Shown one piece after another: positions 12,274 to 25,066 of a stretch of 64,000 nt of DNA. A program made the position numbers and the translations under genes. Positions within the stretch are counted from its first letter, which is position 1, and each line of letters begins with the position of its first letter. Source of the DNA: Dicyema japonicum (lineage: Eukaryota > Animalia > Dicyemida); contig RDEW01000036.1 in NCBI GenBank assembly GCA_011109175.1, forward strand, positions 408,260 to 472,259. Reading direction: 5' to 3'. The notes beneath the pieces are model-generated. The model saw only the letters and a list, made by a program, of their open reading frames with translations. It did not search any database and was not told the origin of the DNA.

Positions 12274-13055
12274 TTATAAATTATCATCCAATTTTACTTT
12301 GTTTTGGGTTCTTTGGCGAGAATATCGGGAAGAATTGTGCAATCTAGGGTTTGGGTTAGCACTGTGGCGATTTCGACTTCTTCTGGAAGAGAAACTCATG
12401 TTGCAGCCAGGAACTGTACAAAAATGATTTTCATGCAGATGAATCGCACTCACGTGGATTTTTAAGGCTCCTCTATCACAGAATGTCTTTTCACAACCTT
12501 TGCAGACAATTCTCTTCTTTCCGGACTCTTCGATGATTCCGCCATAGTAATTTTTGCTTATTTTTTCCATTTGAACCAAATCTGCTGAATATACAGTGTT
12601 ATTGGACATATTTTGGGTCTGAATCTGAAAATTGTTGTTTTCCGGAACAGAATGGGGAAATTTTTGAGGTTCCACGCTGTTTGGCAGGAAACTTCTTAAA
12701 TTGGACAGGTTTTGGTCCAAAATGATAAAATTTTTGTTTTGAACATCCAAGTTGAACAAATTGTAATATTGGCAAGTCAGACTCAGTAAAATATTTCTGA
12801 AATTCTGAATATTCAAGATTGTTTGGTTGTGGCAATTATTTCGAATGTTCTCGACGTAGTTAGCTAAGTTGATGGACTCAATCTTCTCCAAAATCAGTTT
12901 CTCCTCTTCGGTGATATCGTAGATGGGAGGGAATTTGGAACATTCTAGAATCCAAAATTGTACTTTACCTCGAAACTTCGAATCATCATTTCACTCGTCC
13001 ACCCAAATTTGGAGATCCTCTCCAATAGTTGGTCATGTCTGTATAGCAGTGCCAT
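12274..13055 (-). CDS. BNC/disco: Basonuclin/disconnected-family C2H2 zinc-finger protein (~249 aa model: exons 13055-12977 and 12944-12274; 5' end uncertain)
   Basis: [56 protein letters not shown] is the diagnostic disco/basonuclin finger pair. The upstream exon has GWTSEMMIR. The frame is restored by a 32-nt GT-AG intron at 12976-12945; the 24-nt GTAAAG donor at 12968 gives a stop. Confidence 0.88.
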
Positions 13056-13427
13056 GAATCGGCAAAAAGGCAACAGATTAGGCGGGATTTTACTGTTATT
13101 TATTAAAATAAAGACGAATGTTACAGAACAGGTCACCAAAGGGTGACAACCTTCAAAATTTACTAGAAATAATATTGGGGGAATACCGTGACTAAATAAA
13201 AAATGATCACAAATTCGAGGATATTATTCTGATCCGAGCTAAAAGAACTGCAGTTTCTGCATATCTGGCATGGCAAAATAGTCTAAAGTATTTTTAATAT
13301 TATGTTTCATAATAAATCTACGGAAAGGCATAGCTTTGGAAATTAGAATATCTTCCAAACTTGTCACTGTCCTACAGCAATCAACCAGCGTGTTGACAAG
13401 ACTTAAGTGCGTAGCCAGTGCTGATGC

Positions 13428-13563
13428 CCAAACTAAAGTGACTAAGTAGCCTGACTAAGTAGCGTGGTCTCCTAAGTTTCCGGGGCTAATGGCCAAACTA
13501 AAGCGACTAAGTAGAATTTGTAAGTAGCGTGGTCTCCTATTTTGCCAAGGTTAAAGGCCAACT
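13428..13563 (+). repeat. Tandem repeat, ~65-nt unit, 2 copies, upstream of the basonuclin gene
   Basis: ccaaactaaag.gactaagtag......taagtagcgtggtctccta starts at 13428 and 13493. Confidence 0.8.
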
Positions 13564-14182
13564 AAGATCTCATGTGATATTTAGTGTCTCGCGACTTTAA
13601 AATAAATCAAATGAGTTCATCGGCAAGTAATGAACTATGCGAACATGCTTAAAGCTGTGAATCAGTATAACCGCAAACATTATAAAGACTGGGGGAAATG
13701 GTGTGGATTACCTCATATTGTGCTCTTGACTCCATAATTCGATGGATGCATTCAAAGAACTCGAGACTAAATACGAAAATTGATTTTAAATGCAGCGCAA
13801 ACAATCATATCAATGTCAAGAGAATCGACAATCATTTTGCCTTCATGGTTGCCCTGTTATCTAATTTTACATTTTTTGACTTTGAGTCCACAAATCACCC
13901 CCGAAATCAAAACGTCGTTCCGTGGTTGAAAAGGAAAAAACTGGGAGATACGAGTAACGTCGTGTAGTGAGATAAAAGACAATTTTAATGGTAGCTGTGC
14001 TTTCTGTCAATTGAAATGTCATTATTATATTTATATGACATCTATTAGATCCAGAATTGACTAATTGAAACTAAGCACTAATGGAACTTTAATGTATCTG
14101 TCTTATTTGTCATTTACTAGTGAATTAGCCCTAACTTTGAACAATTTTGCATATAAATCAACTTTGAACAATTTGCATATTT

Positions 14183-14556
14183 TTTTTAATTTATGTTAAT
14201 AAGTGATTAAGCTTGATGATCGGTTCTCTCATCAGGATCTCATACAAAAGAATCTACAAGAAATGGGGATGTAAGATGATAGAATATCGCTGGCACATCC
14301 TGAAGATGGAGTTGACCTAACGGAGCAATGGAAGACTACTCTTTCGCCGTTTTTGTGGAAAGTCTAGTATAACTTTGAGATTCGTTTTACAAAAGGACTT
14401 AAAATTGTAAAATGAGAATTAAAATCCGCTGACGTCCTGGACACAATAAGAACCGTAGATAATAGAAATGTAGAAGAAATTGACTTCCAAATTCGATGTC
14501 AATAAATGACTTTCGTGGAAGTTCTAATAATACCATTTTTAGTTTCCAGTGGATTT
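14183..14556 (+). repeat. Second copy of the 11586-11966 direct repeat
   Basis: Direct alignment by eye with 11586-11966. Confidence 0.8.
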
Positions 14557-14629
14557 CGAAAACGTCTATGTAAAAAATAAGGATTCGAAAACGTCTACGA
14601 GACTTCATCAATTCAAATGTCGGTAAATG

Positions 14630-15632
14630 GGTGAGTAAATCAAGCATTATTATCACCTGAGAAATTAATCACTCTCGCCAAACCATGGTCATGAAAAATC
14701 ATGTTGAGCCGAGAGAATAACAAAAACGTCATCTTCCTCCACTTGCCCATATCATAAGCAATCTTCCGTAGTCTATCTAGATCCTCTTCTTCTCTGAGAG
14801 GTTTCCCAATCATTTTTATGTCCCCGCAATCACCAAGGAACGTGCATGTTGTTCCCTGGTAGGAACGTGCATCATTTATCAGGTGTTTATCAGACTTTCG
14901 GCAGATAATGTAGTCGATTTGATTATATATATTCACGGTCTCTCCGACAGAGTTTTTTCTTTGTCCGTGCCACGTCGTCTTGTGGCAAGCTGAGTGCATA
15001 AAGGCCGTGTTGCACAGGAAAAGGCTATTTGCCTCGCAGAAGTTTACCAGAGAGGCTCCAGATGCATTTCTCTATTACTCGTCCACAGTGTGGTGCATAG
15101 ACATTTATGACGGTTAGTAGACTCTTGGACGGGCATAGTTCATTTAGTTTGACTTGTAGGACACATATTCGGTCGTTGACTCTCCAATAGCGATGTTTTT
15201 TGAGGTAATCCACGTGTAGGGCAAATCCCATGCCGTAGTGCTTGCATCCAGTAAGCTCTCAGGATGGTGAACGAAATTCCTCAAGCCAGCACACTCACAG
15301 AGATCTCACGTTCATGTAGAAATCCGCTTCCCTAGATGACTCCAAAATTCCAGCGTCGCAAGGGTAAGAGTAGCCAGATATTTCACCCGCGGGCTGAACA
15401 AACAAAAAATCCTCGGATAAGACCGCGTACTTTGCTCGTTTTGACCTTTCGGTCTTCTCACACCTGATAAATGATGCTCGACCAGCTGACCTACCACAGG
15501 ATCGTCATTGCAAAACTTTGTGTAAAAAAGCACCTGACTGGGAAAAAATACATTGAAAACGCGAAGAAGGCGAGACAAAGACCCAATATATACTTTCAGA
15601 CAGAAAAATTGTGGTTAGAGCCATCTTGTAGA
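14630..15632. mobile_element. Scrambled fragments of RTE copy 1 APE region fused to a related RTE 3' end
   Basis: 14847-15068 is the reverse complement of ~592-812, and 15072-15247 of ~249-424. 15490-15632 matches ~826-963 in plus orientation. 14630-14840 (minus) encodes an RTE C-terminus, DLDRLRKIAYDMGKWRKMT. Confidence 0.85.
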
Positions 15633-15934
15633 GCCGGAATAACAATAAGACAAGTAAAGAAGTACCAGGATGTGAACAAAAGAATAAACAGTATTATTGA
15701 AAAATATGATGAATACACTCCAGTAGAATTTTTGACTGCGCTTTCTCATAACCTTTAAGTAAATGTTTTTATCTTGAATTTTATCTCTGAATTTTAAAAC
15801 CAGAATATTCTGTCGGCAAATGTTTTGTCGGCCTAATATCTATCGACCAAATGTCCGGACACAGAGATTGGATACCTTATCCATTCATGGTGAGGCAATG
15901 GACGCACCCACTTACTTTATTCACGTTGGGAGAC

Positions 15935-16147
15935 AATATTATAATAATAGCTATATTCACGGTGCCGTGGTATTAGATCCGCATAGGCAGGACACACACT
16001 TCATTTAAGTAAAGAGCAGTTAATTTAACTAATCGTAGAACCAAAGAATGATCTTCACTTCAATTTTCTATTTCTTGTGTGTGGGTCCTTTCTAGACAAT
16101 CCAGTTCCGCAGTGAGTATCCACTGATGACGGCGTCACTCGTCAAAC
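15935..16147 (-). mobile_element. 5'-truncated copy of the tRNA-derived SINE
   Basis: Matches the body and tail of 42888-43201 (ccgcataggcaggacacacact...tgatgacggcgtcactcgtcaaac) but lacks the tRNA head. Confidence 0.85.
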
Positions 16148-16869
16148 CTAGAACAAATAAGATAACAAATGATCCTCCTAAATGCTTCGGCACTTTCTTC
16201 TTTTATTATTTTCGGCGTGCTTTTTTCTGAGAGTACGTTTCAACATCTATCCACTGGCAAAAGAGAAAGTCGTCATTCTGTCGTGGTGTTTGCCATCGCT
16301 CCGGAAGACATCATTCAGTTCCAACTTTTATTTAAAATATTTTCTTAAAAGTTACAGAACGAATGTTTAAAGAACCATTGCGTCTATGCGTTCCCTACTC
16401 ACTATTTCTGACAGATTGTTTCAACGAACTACATCATGAATAGGATCACCACTCTATGTGTGTAACCGACAAATATATTGACTTCAATTTTTATAACTCT
16501 CCGATGCGCTGTCATGTACTTAACTCATAAGCGGATTCATATCCTTTGGGATTATTCCCAGCCCCATTGAAGAAACAAAGTCGTATGGCCTAATATGCAA
16601 TATTATTCTTTTAAATAAGCTATTACGACAATGTTCATTATTAATGGCAAAGTTGATCGTGACTTCATTCTAACAGGCTTTGAGTTAAAGAAATATGATA
16701 ACATCAAGCAGGTACGGCATGATTTTTCCGTAATATGTTCCCAAATAATCCTTATCGGGTTTTTTAATAATTATATTCAGATGCTTAGATTTGAAAGCTG
16801 TGTGTAATAGTCTTGGTTTTGTTACAACCATTAGCTATTGTATCCCTTTAGTGTCCTTACTTGTTTTCC

Positions 16870-17541
16870 GTGAACAACATTAAGTTATCAACACATGTCC
16901 CAGTTAGTCCCCACGTTCCCGAGTTGTAAAGAAGTATGGTAGGACAATATTTTTCATTGCTGAACATCTTCACATTCGCCCAGCAAACATTCGAAATTTT
17001 TTGCTCATTTACAAATTTCATCGGTAAGTTTGCTTCCTGTTTGATTTTAATAAGCTCAGTATTTTGTACGTTCATTTTCAGGAACCACTCTCCAAACACT
17101 CCGGGTGCTATTTAAGAGCAATTCTGATATCATTGATTTCCTCGAAAACAATATCAGGTCATCGCTTATAGTGATTCCTACATAAATGTAGGACAAATGG
17201 TTAGCTCTCAGGTCAGGAAGAGTAGTTTCAGATAAATAACAAAAGAATTGGTTAGTGAGCCAACTTCTGGAATACTAATGTGCGTGATAAATTTGCGAGA
17301 GCGCTTTTAGCCAACCCAGACAATCAATTCCGTGTTTGAAAGTAGAACCCTTATCATCCTAAACTATTTTCGTCTAGCAACGTTTTTAGCCCTTTTTCTG
17401 AATTCACTTAAAAAATCGATTTTTGTACATTTTGACCTTAAACAAATTGGAAAACCCTGTAAATTGGGTGAATTTTATTAAATTATTTTTCATTTTATTA
17501 ATATACACCAACATTTTATTTTATAAAATTATTACTAAATT
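16870..17541 (+). repeat. Older paralogue of block 7640-8400 (RTE remnant + DR-A start)
   Basis: aagttatcaacacatgt...agttagtccccacgt.cccgagtt and ttgaaagtagaaccc.tatca..cct.aaact are shared in the same order. Confidence 0.6.
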
Positions 17542-19371
17542 TGTGACCTGTGACAACGACTCCAGGTTGAGAACGATCCGTAAAATCGATTTAACCGTTA
17601 AAGCCGTTTAACCGTATGACCGAAAGTAACGATTACTGGTCGAGAAGGTTAAATACGACCCATTAAGTATCGGAACTTAACAAACCATTATATTACTGCT
17701 GCTCAAACAGTAAAACAAGAGAGACAACAACAATCTTTATTTAAGCGAATTATAGGAGTTATTTAAGAGGTTTATGCGAGTCCGCCTATGCGGCCTGGAC
17801 TCTTCCGACGTACCTCATCCCCATTTTATTTTTATCCTATCGGTGGATCCCATCGATCCTCTTTTCCACAATGTATCTCACCGTAGTGAGAATTTTATCT
17901 TCTTCTATACTGAGGGTGTTGAATAGTTTTTTTCCCAAGGCCAGCTTTATTGCTGACCTTCTTGATTTTTCCATAAGTAGTATAATTCTATCTCTATGGC
18001 GTGAGAAAAACCATGCTTCACATCCATACAATGTCTTTATTAAAAAGTAAACTAACTGATTGTCGTCGTATGTACGCATGTTCCGAAATTCTTACACTTT
18101 GCTACATACTCCTCGTAAAACAAATATGAAATGTGATGTTGCTACATACTCCCGATGAATTATATTTATTAGATTCTTACACTTTGCTACAGAGTTTTTA
18201 TACTAATATTGACTAATAAAAAAGTAATCATTTTAAAATATTAACAACAAATTAATTTTAATCGAAAAATCGTTTATTCTGTATCTAAATTAACCAAGTC
18301 TCTGCTATTTTCTTTAAAAATAGTTCCATCTTCGCATTCACATATTATCATCCCAGTGGGAGATATTTTTTTAACGTAATAAATATTAATGTCCATATGC
18401 TCATTCAGAGCACCTCTACGAGTTTTTATATTTGTGTTAGTGCGTACTCTTCTAACAACCCTGTCTTCAATTTTGAAAACCTTTGTATCGTTTTTCCACA
18501 TTTTCTTTCTTAACATCTTATCCTCTGATAGATTGAAAACTCGACAACCTTAAATTCAATTTATTGAACCTTTCTCCTTTTAGCTTCATTTTCCGTCCAA
18601 AAAAGTAGCGAACTGACTTACATTCTTCTCTTCATCGTCTGTATCGAGTTGAAGGAATAATAAATTAATTCACCTTTCTCTGACTGAATACGCTCTGATA
18701 GGTGTTATCGCTGGTCTGGTATTTATAAGCTGTCTTGCTTGACATTGGGGATAGGATTTAATTACAGACATGACTTCACTTCTGCACGATCCATAAACAA
18801 GATCTTTCAGAAGAAAGAGCAGTCTCTCTCGACCAGGATGTCAATTTTTAGGTGTATATTTTCAATAAAAAGTTTCCTTTGCTCTACTTCTTCTGCAGCA
18901 AATGTACGCAATAGAATTCCGGATGTTTTGAAGTATAAAATATCTGACTTCGAATCAGACAATCGAAATGATGATGCCGTATTTTTAAAATTCAAAATAT
19001 TCTGTATCTTTCCATCAGGTAACACACCATCTTTGATAAAAGCAATAATATCATTGTTTCTCTCCAGCGTCAAAAGAAATAACTTATACCAACAACAAAA
19101 ACCAATATAACGTAGTGGTTTTTTCTTTTATTTCATTAGAAGTAAACCATTCTAAAAAAATTAAAATTTTCTATATAATTTAAATTTATAAAAAAATTTA
19201 AATCTAAATTAATGAATTCTGAGAATAATTAATTGAGAAAATTTTAATTTCTTACTTAGCTAACTAATATATTTTTGCGGTTTTGCGTCGCAACGACGTA
19301 GTAACGGCAATATCGATTTTGATCGATTTTACGGATCGTACTTAACCTGAAATCGTAGTCAACCGATCACA
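17542..19371 (-). mobile_element. Putative internally deleted Ginger/Gypsy-integrase-type element with ~50-bp imperfect TIRs (TGT...ACA)
   Basis: Left tgtgacctgtgacaacgactccaggttgagaacgatccgtaaaatcgat; right (reverse complement) tgtgatcggttgactacgatttcaggttaagtacgatccgtaaaatcgat. The interior has IHLK-HPGRERLLFLLKDLVYG...PQCQARQLINTRPAITPIRA with one frameshift. It splits a DR-A copy. Confidence 0.5.
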
Positions 19372-19929
19372 ATTATTACGAATTTGGAATGAATGTTAAT
19401 TTTCTAGCATTGGCGTATACTTGATTCTAAATATCTTACGGCGACTTCAAAACACTAAATTTGATCATGATCTCAATTTTTGTACTATGGGAATCATGTA
19501 TATCAATTGTAGTAAATATTAATTATTCATAGTCGCTGTTTGAATGATGAAAGCACAATAACTATAAACTCCCATACTTTCCCTCTACCATTTACGGATG
19601 TTTATCACATTTTTAAATTAACAAGCATTTGAGACAATGCAATTCACCCCATTGATCCCTTCGAATTTCAAATGCGTATGATATCGTATTTAGTATAGAC
19701 ATGTAGCACTGCATGATTATTCTTTACGTCTCAGAAATAAAATCTTGTAAATGTTCGAAAGTAATATATTTAGACAATACAGCAGGCCTACATGTAGTGC
19801 ATATGACTAATAATGTTATTTTAGACTGCAGTGTCATTGAGGACAGAAACAATGTACTTGGCATTTGCGGATTTTGATACTCGTATTTAAACTAACGTGA
19901 TCTGTTTTATTATTATTATTATTATATAT

Positions 19930-21765
19930 CAAAACAAACTACGAACTGAACGAAATATTATCAAGAGAAGAATCATGAAGCTTAATAATGAACAATCGAA
20001 GGATGTCTTCCTATCACAGCTTAGAGAGCTGGAGCAACTAAAGGACAATGCACAAATGTTCGCTGCAGTCCGACTAATGCGAGGAAAGAAAAAAGCGACA
20101 GTACATGTTATGGATGGGAAGGGGAAACTTATCTTAAAACCAGACGAACAGATCGAATTGATTGCTGCCAATTTTGAAAAACTGTTCAATGCGAACGGCC
20201 AAGAACTGGCCCCTTTCATCGGAGAACCGCGGATGCTGGAAACAATTATCACATCTAAGGAAGTTCAGAGTGCGTCCAGTAAGCTAAAGAATCACAGGAA
20301 ACAGGAGCGCTGGACCAGACAACATCCCTCCCGAACTGCTGAAATATGGACCTATGGGTCTATTCGAAACCATTGCGACATTGTTAAATGGAATGTTTAC
20401 ATCTAACTCTGTCCTACCACTGGGGAAAGGGACATTGATACCTATACAAAAGCCTAACAAACCAAAGGGACCACTAGAAAGCCTACGCCCAGTCATATTG
20501 TTAAACACATTACGAAAAGTTCTTGCATCTGTTACTTTGAACCGGTTAAAATACCCGGCAGAAAAATATCTGTCAGCATGCCATAGTGGATTTCGTGAAG
20601 GAAGGTCGACAGCGGACATTCTGTAGAGCCACAGGTGGCGGTGTGCAACGGCTCAAAGATACAAAAATGCCACGACCATCCTGGGATCGATATGTCAAGA
20701 GCTTTCGACACCATTAGCCGACACAAGCTAATGGTTGTCCTTCATCAATTTGTGGACCAATCATTGCTACGGATAATCAGAGTACTTCTCTCAAGTACTG
20801 AACTGTCAGTCCGAATTGGGAGAACTCTATCCCGACCATTCAAAACTACAATCGGCACTCCTCAGGGAGACTCCCTCTCCCCCTTACTATTTGTGATATA
20901 TCTCGAAGCTGCACTAAAGGATCTACGAACTTGCTATGAAGGAAAAATAAACGAAGTCGTATACGCGGATGATGTGGATTTTATATCCGAGGATACAGAA
21001 GCTCTCACACATCTGCTGGAAAATGCACCGGACAAACTGGGGGAATGGTTCCTCATCGTTAACGGGCCAAAACGGAAATCACGGAAATCAAAAGAATGGA
21101 CAACATCCTTAATGAACGTTGGCAACATGTTAATAAGCTTGGATCCCTACTGGTGGACACAGAAGACATCATCAAAAGGAAAACACTTGCAGGAGTAGCA
21201 ATGCGAAAACTCAAAAAGGAATGGCTGAAAGGACTAGATGTCAATCTGCGGATACGCATGTACAATGCATTTGTGAAACCGATCCTGACATACAATGCTG
21301 GTACTTGGGCCTGTACAGGTGCGGAATCAATGGCTCTCGATGGGTTCCACAGAAAACAGCTTAGAGTATTATTTGGCATGCAGTGGCCGCCAGAATCTCG
21401 AATACCGGTATTTACAAAAAATGCAAGAGTAGGCCTCTAAGCCTGGAAATCACTGACGCCCGGTGGAGACTGTTTGGTCACGTACTACGCATGGATCTTG
21501 CTGCCCCGGCTAATGTGGCGATGGAGGACCATTTCATGTTCAAGGGCAAATGCTTCCGTGGCAGACCAAGGATGACCCTACCTATCATGCTGCACAAAGA
21601 CCTCCAAAGGATAAAGAAATGCCTAAAGACGGGAGACGATCTGGACATGCTGAGATCGACTGCGTGTAACCGTGGAGGTTGGAAGAGGCTAACTAATAAC
21701 ATTGTTTCTGGTATTGCACATGCTTTGCTATAACTATTATGGCAAGGCGATAAGTGCTGTAATAT
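19930..21765 (+). mobile_element. 5'-truncated, frameshifted RTE copy 2 (diverged subfamily)
   Basis: Five overlapping ORF pieces with IPIQKPNKPKGP..LRPVILLN, GIDMSRAFD, PQGDSLSPLLF, YADD and RWRLFGHVLRM. The 3' UTR has tattatggc...gtgct. Confidence 0.9.
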
Positions 21766-23111
21766 AAGTAGCATACGTAAAATCATAATAGTTATAATTT
21801 CACTCGTGCAGTACTCGAAACAATCCTCTGACCAACTTTTTCCAACCTCCTCGATCGTAAGACAGTTCTTCAAAATCGTCTCCACTTCTTAGACTTTTGT
21901 TCACAAGCTTTAGATCTCCATCAAGTGTTTAGTGTAATACGCAGGCGTACACGGAAACATGATCTCTGTCTAATGAAGAAATCCTCCATTGCCATGTTTG
22001 CTGGAGCACCTCTCTCTTTCGAGCACCTATCATATAATTTGTTTGGTTGTGATTATCGTAATTCCACCAGGGTACAATCCCAGACTTTTATGATCAAGTG
22101 ACATTGTTACAGATACTTGTGTCCCTAGATTATTACTGATGGAAAACATCAGTGTTTACTACTCAATAGGGAATTATTAGCTATTCATCATATATGTCAT
22201 GACTAGAGAGATTTTTTGACTTTATAAATTGGAAATTTTTATCTAAAAAATTAAATTCATTAACTTTAAATCGAGACATTTCATGACGATGACTCAAAAA
22301 ATATCGAACTCTTTCAGTTTTGAGCAGACATTTGCATAAATCAATGGCGCAAATTCTGGAAGACGATTGACGTAAAAGCTTTCAAGTTTAATACTACGAC
22401 GGAGCTTTAGGAAGAGCGTGAGCGATTGGAAGGTAAACGAACTCATTGAATGATAACTTGGAACCTCTGGATATTTTGTGTAACAGGAATTTCATGAACT
22501 CGATCAAGAACGATATATCTCACGTAATGACAATTTGCCCAGAAAAACTTGAAGCATCTGGGTTTGAACGCCACCTGTGTTGATGACATCTTCTAACAGT
22601 AGTCACCCAGGATCTTCCACAAAGATGATCGAAACTTTGAAAAAAAATTCGAAACCCATTGAAGAGAGTAAAATTTAACGTAGTCAATACCTGAAAGATT
22701 CTCAGATTTAATTGGTTAACCTTACACACCATCGGTTGAGGTCCAGTTTATGCAGTTCTCTTCATTATCCGTTCTACCAGTTCTCTCCATGTAACTTTCC
22801 TCATCGAAGAATCCATGCATAAGGTATCCTGTTTACTGATCGATGAGATTCTTGTGACGTTGAAAGTTGCAATTGTAAACGTGGTAGTATATGCAGACTG
22901 AGAGTACAATAAAGACAGAGATTACTAGAGAGGTGTCAACCACTAAACTATCAAATTAGCTAAATAATTTGAATTCAAAAATAAATTTTTATGTGATTGA
23001 AGATTACGATATTATTTGAAAATTTTTATTAATTTTTTTAATAATTATAAGTCGAAAAAAATTTGACATAAATAAATAAATTTTCGATAATTAATTAGAA
23101 TTCTAACAGAA

Positions 23112-23902
23112 ATGGGTCACGTGACAGGTTTCAAAATTAACGCTTATTTTAGCTATCTTCATGTGTTTAATGATCTTTAACACTCAAAGCAAAGTAAATC
23201 ACAAAAAATATGTCCAAATGGATGATGATGGTGTTCCAATGTGGATAGAATTAGACTATGGTAATGTAACGTCGATTATCAGTGGAAGAATCACTGTGAC
23301 TTATTTACATCACGACCAAGTGAAGAAATATTTGATGTTAGATTAAAATTCATTCACTTACTAAACCAAGACTCGTTTTCATAGGAGGAAAAGATTACAG
23401 GATCGCAGCTTTGATAGATGATGTTGCTCATATAACCTTTAAATATAAACGCATTCAAGATGAGGTTCAGGTATATCAGATGTATTTCTCAATTCAGAGT
23501 AAATCATTGTGTTTAATTTAGATACGTCCACATTCATAATAAAGTCGGATAACATTACTCATCATGTAGGTGAATATTATCAATGTAAACTATTCACAAT
23601 TTGCAAAGAGAAATCATCCTTGAATATATCGAATTTTAGAGTTCAATTTTTTAGAAACGACAAAATCAAAAAATTTACTGGAAATGGTTTAATTTTATAT
23701 TTATTGATAAGCGATTGATTGCAACGGAGTAGGAATACAAAAAATTACGAGAACTAGGCCTTCCAACCATGATTATGAACCATTGATTTATGGTCTTACT
23801 ATTTCTGGAGTTTTTGTAACTTTACTGGTAATTTACGTCAAAGTTAAATATCCTCACAAAAGACAAGATTTCTACACAACACCTATAGTTGAAAAATTAT
23901 GA
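23112..23902 (+). CDS. Single-pass type I membrane protein, LAMP-domain-like (231 aa; exons 23112-23127, 23153-23319, 23342-23498, 23522-23686, 23712-23902)
   Basis: Four GT-AG introns of 25, 22, 23 and 25 nt join one uninterrupted 696-nt frame. It has an N-terminal hydrophobic stretch, VGEYYQC...NFRVQFF...AIDC, a TM segment LIYGLTISGVFVTLLVIYV and a short Tyr-containing tail. The gene model is well supported; the family assignment is by motif resemblance. Confidence 0.72.
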
Positions 23903-24239
23903 CAATTTGTTTTAATTTTAACGACTAATTTTTAAATTTATATTTTTAACCAAAAACATCGTCATAGTTAGATTGGAAATATTCCACCCCGGCCTCCTTC
24001 ACCAGTCTTCGCATTTCTTGGTGCTCATAGTGTCACGTTTGCGATTAGAAATTTCCTACCAGAAAATGACTTTTTTTAAGGTCAACAATTTAAATTTTTA
24101 AATCAAGTTACTTTTTAAGCTTATTTTTTCAATTAACGTGCAACTTTCGGTTACTCTAATTATCACATAATGTGATGCTACGTTCAACCAGCTGGGTGAT
24201 TTGATATACACCTAAGTGCCACGCTTCCAACAGAAAAAT

Positions 24240-24684
24240 CCAGTTTTTATTGAATCATTCATCTAAAAAACATTTCGTTCTAACAGATTTATCACTTTTA
24301 TTGATATTTCTTAGTGATGGTGAAGACATCCGAAAGATTAGAATACGCCTAAGAAAAAGCGAATCTAGATAGACTAGTGGAGATTTCTTATGATATGAGC
24401 AAGTGGAGGAAAATGAATATTTTGTTATCCTCTCGGGCTCAACATATTTTTTATGACCATGGTATGGCGGGAATGAGTTATTTCTCAGGTGATGATGATG
24501 CTTGATTTTCTCACCCAATTTACCGACTTTTGAATTGATAAAGTAATTTTTGAACTTTGTAGAACAACACGCTGAAAAATAGGCCTTCTAAGTCTCAACA
24601 CAATTGGGTTTTTGTCGCTTGAAAAACCATAACGAACATTCCATGAAATATATCCAGCCATAGAGGGAGAGCAGAGGCATAGGT
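24240..24684 (+). repeat. Inverted-orientation duplicate of ~35870-36310 (RTE 3' end + flank), running into the gap
   Basis: ORFs 24255-24518 (-) and 36092-36379 (+) are near identical; TYASALPLWLD is shared. Confidence 0.8.
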
Positions 24685-25000
24685 NNNNNNNNNNNNNNNN
24701 NNNNNNNNNNNNNNNNNNNNNNNNNNNNNNNNNNNNNNNNNNNNNNNNNNNNNNNNNNNNNNNNNNNNNNNNNNNNNNNNNNNNNNNNNNNNNNNNNNNN
24801 NNNNNNNNNNNNNNNNNNNNNNNNNNNNNNNNNNNNNNNNNNNNNNNNNNNNNNNNNNNNNNNNNNNNNNNNNNNNNNNNNNNNNNNNNNNNNNNNNNNN
24901 NNNNNNNNNNNNNNNNNNNNNNNNNNNNNNNNNNNNNNNNNNNNNNNNNNNNNNNNNNNNNNNNNNNNNNNNNNNNNNNNNNNNNNNNNNNNNNNNNNNN
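24685..25000. other. Assembly gap (316 N)
   Basis: Run of n. Confidence 1.
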
Positions 25001-25066
25001 ATAAAATAAATTTTCGTTAATAAAATATTTTTGTTTAAAAATAAAAAATTATTTCCTGGATACAGA

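Noticed and set aside
17778-17802. GC-rich hairpin gagtcc-gcctatgcggcct-ggactc containing the SINE-tail-like gcctatgcgg
   Set aside because: Single short occurrence; could be chance or a LINE 3' UTR remnant.
22280-22900. Possible micro-intron gene (RYIVLDRVHE resembling a DExH motif on minus; splice-like sites on plus)
   Set aside because: No consistent stop-free model could be built on either strand.
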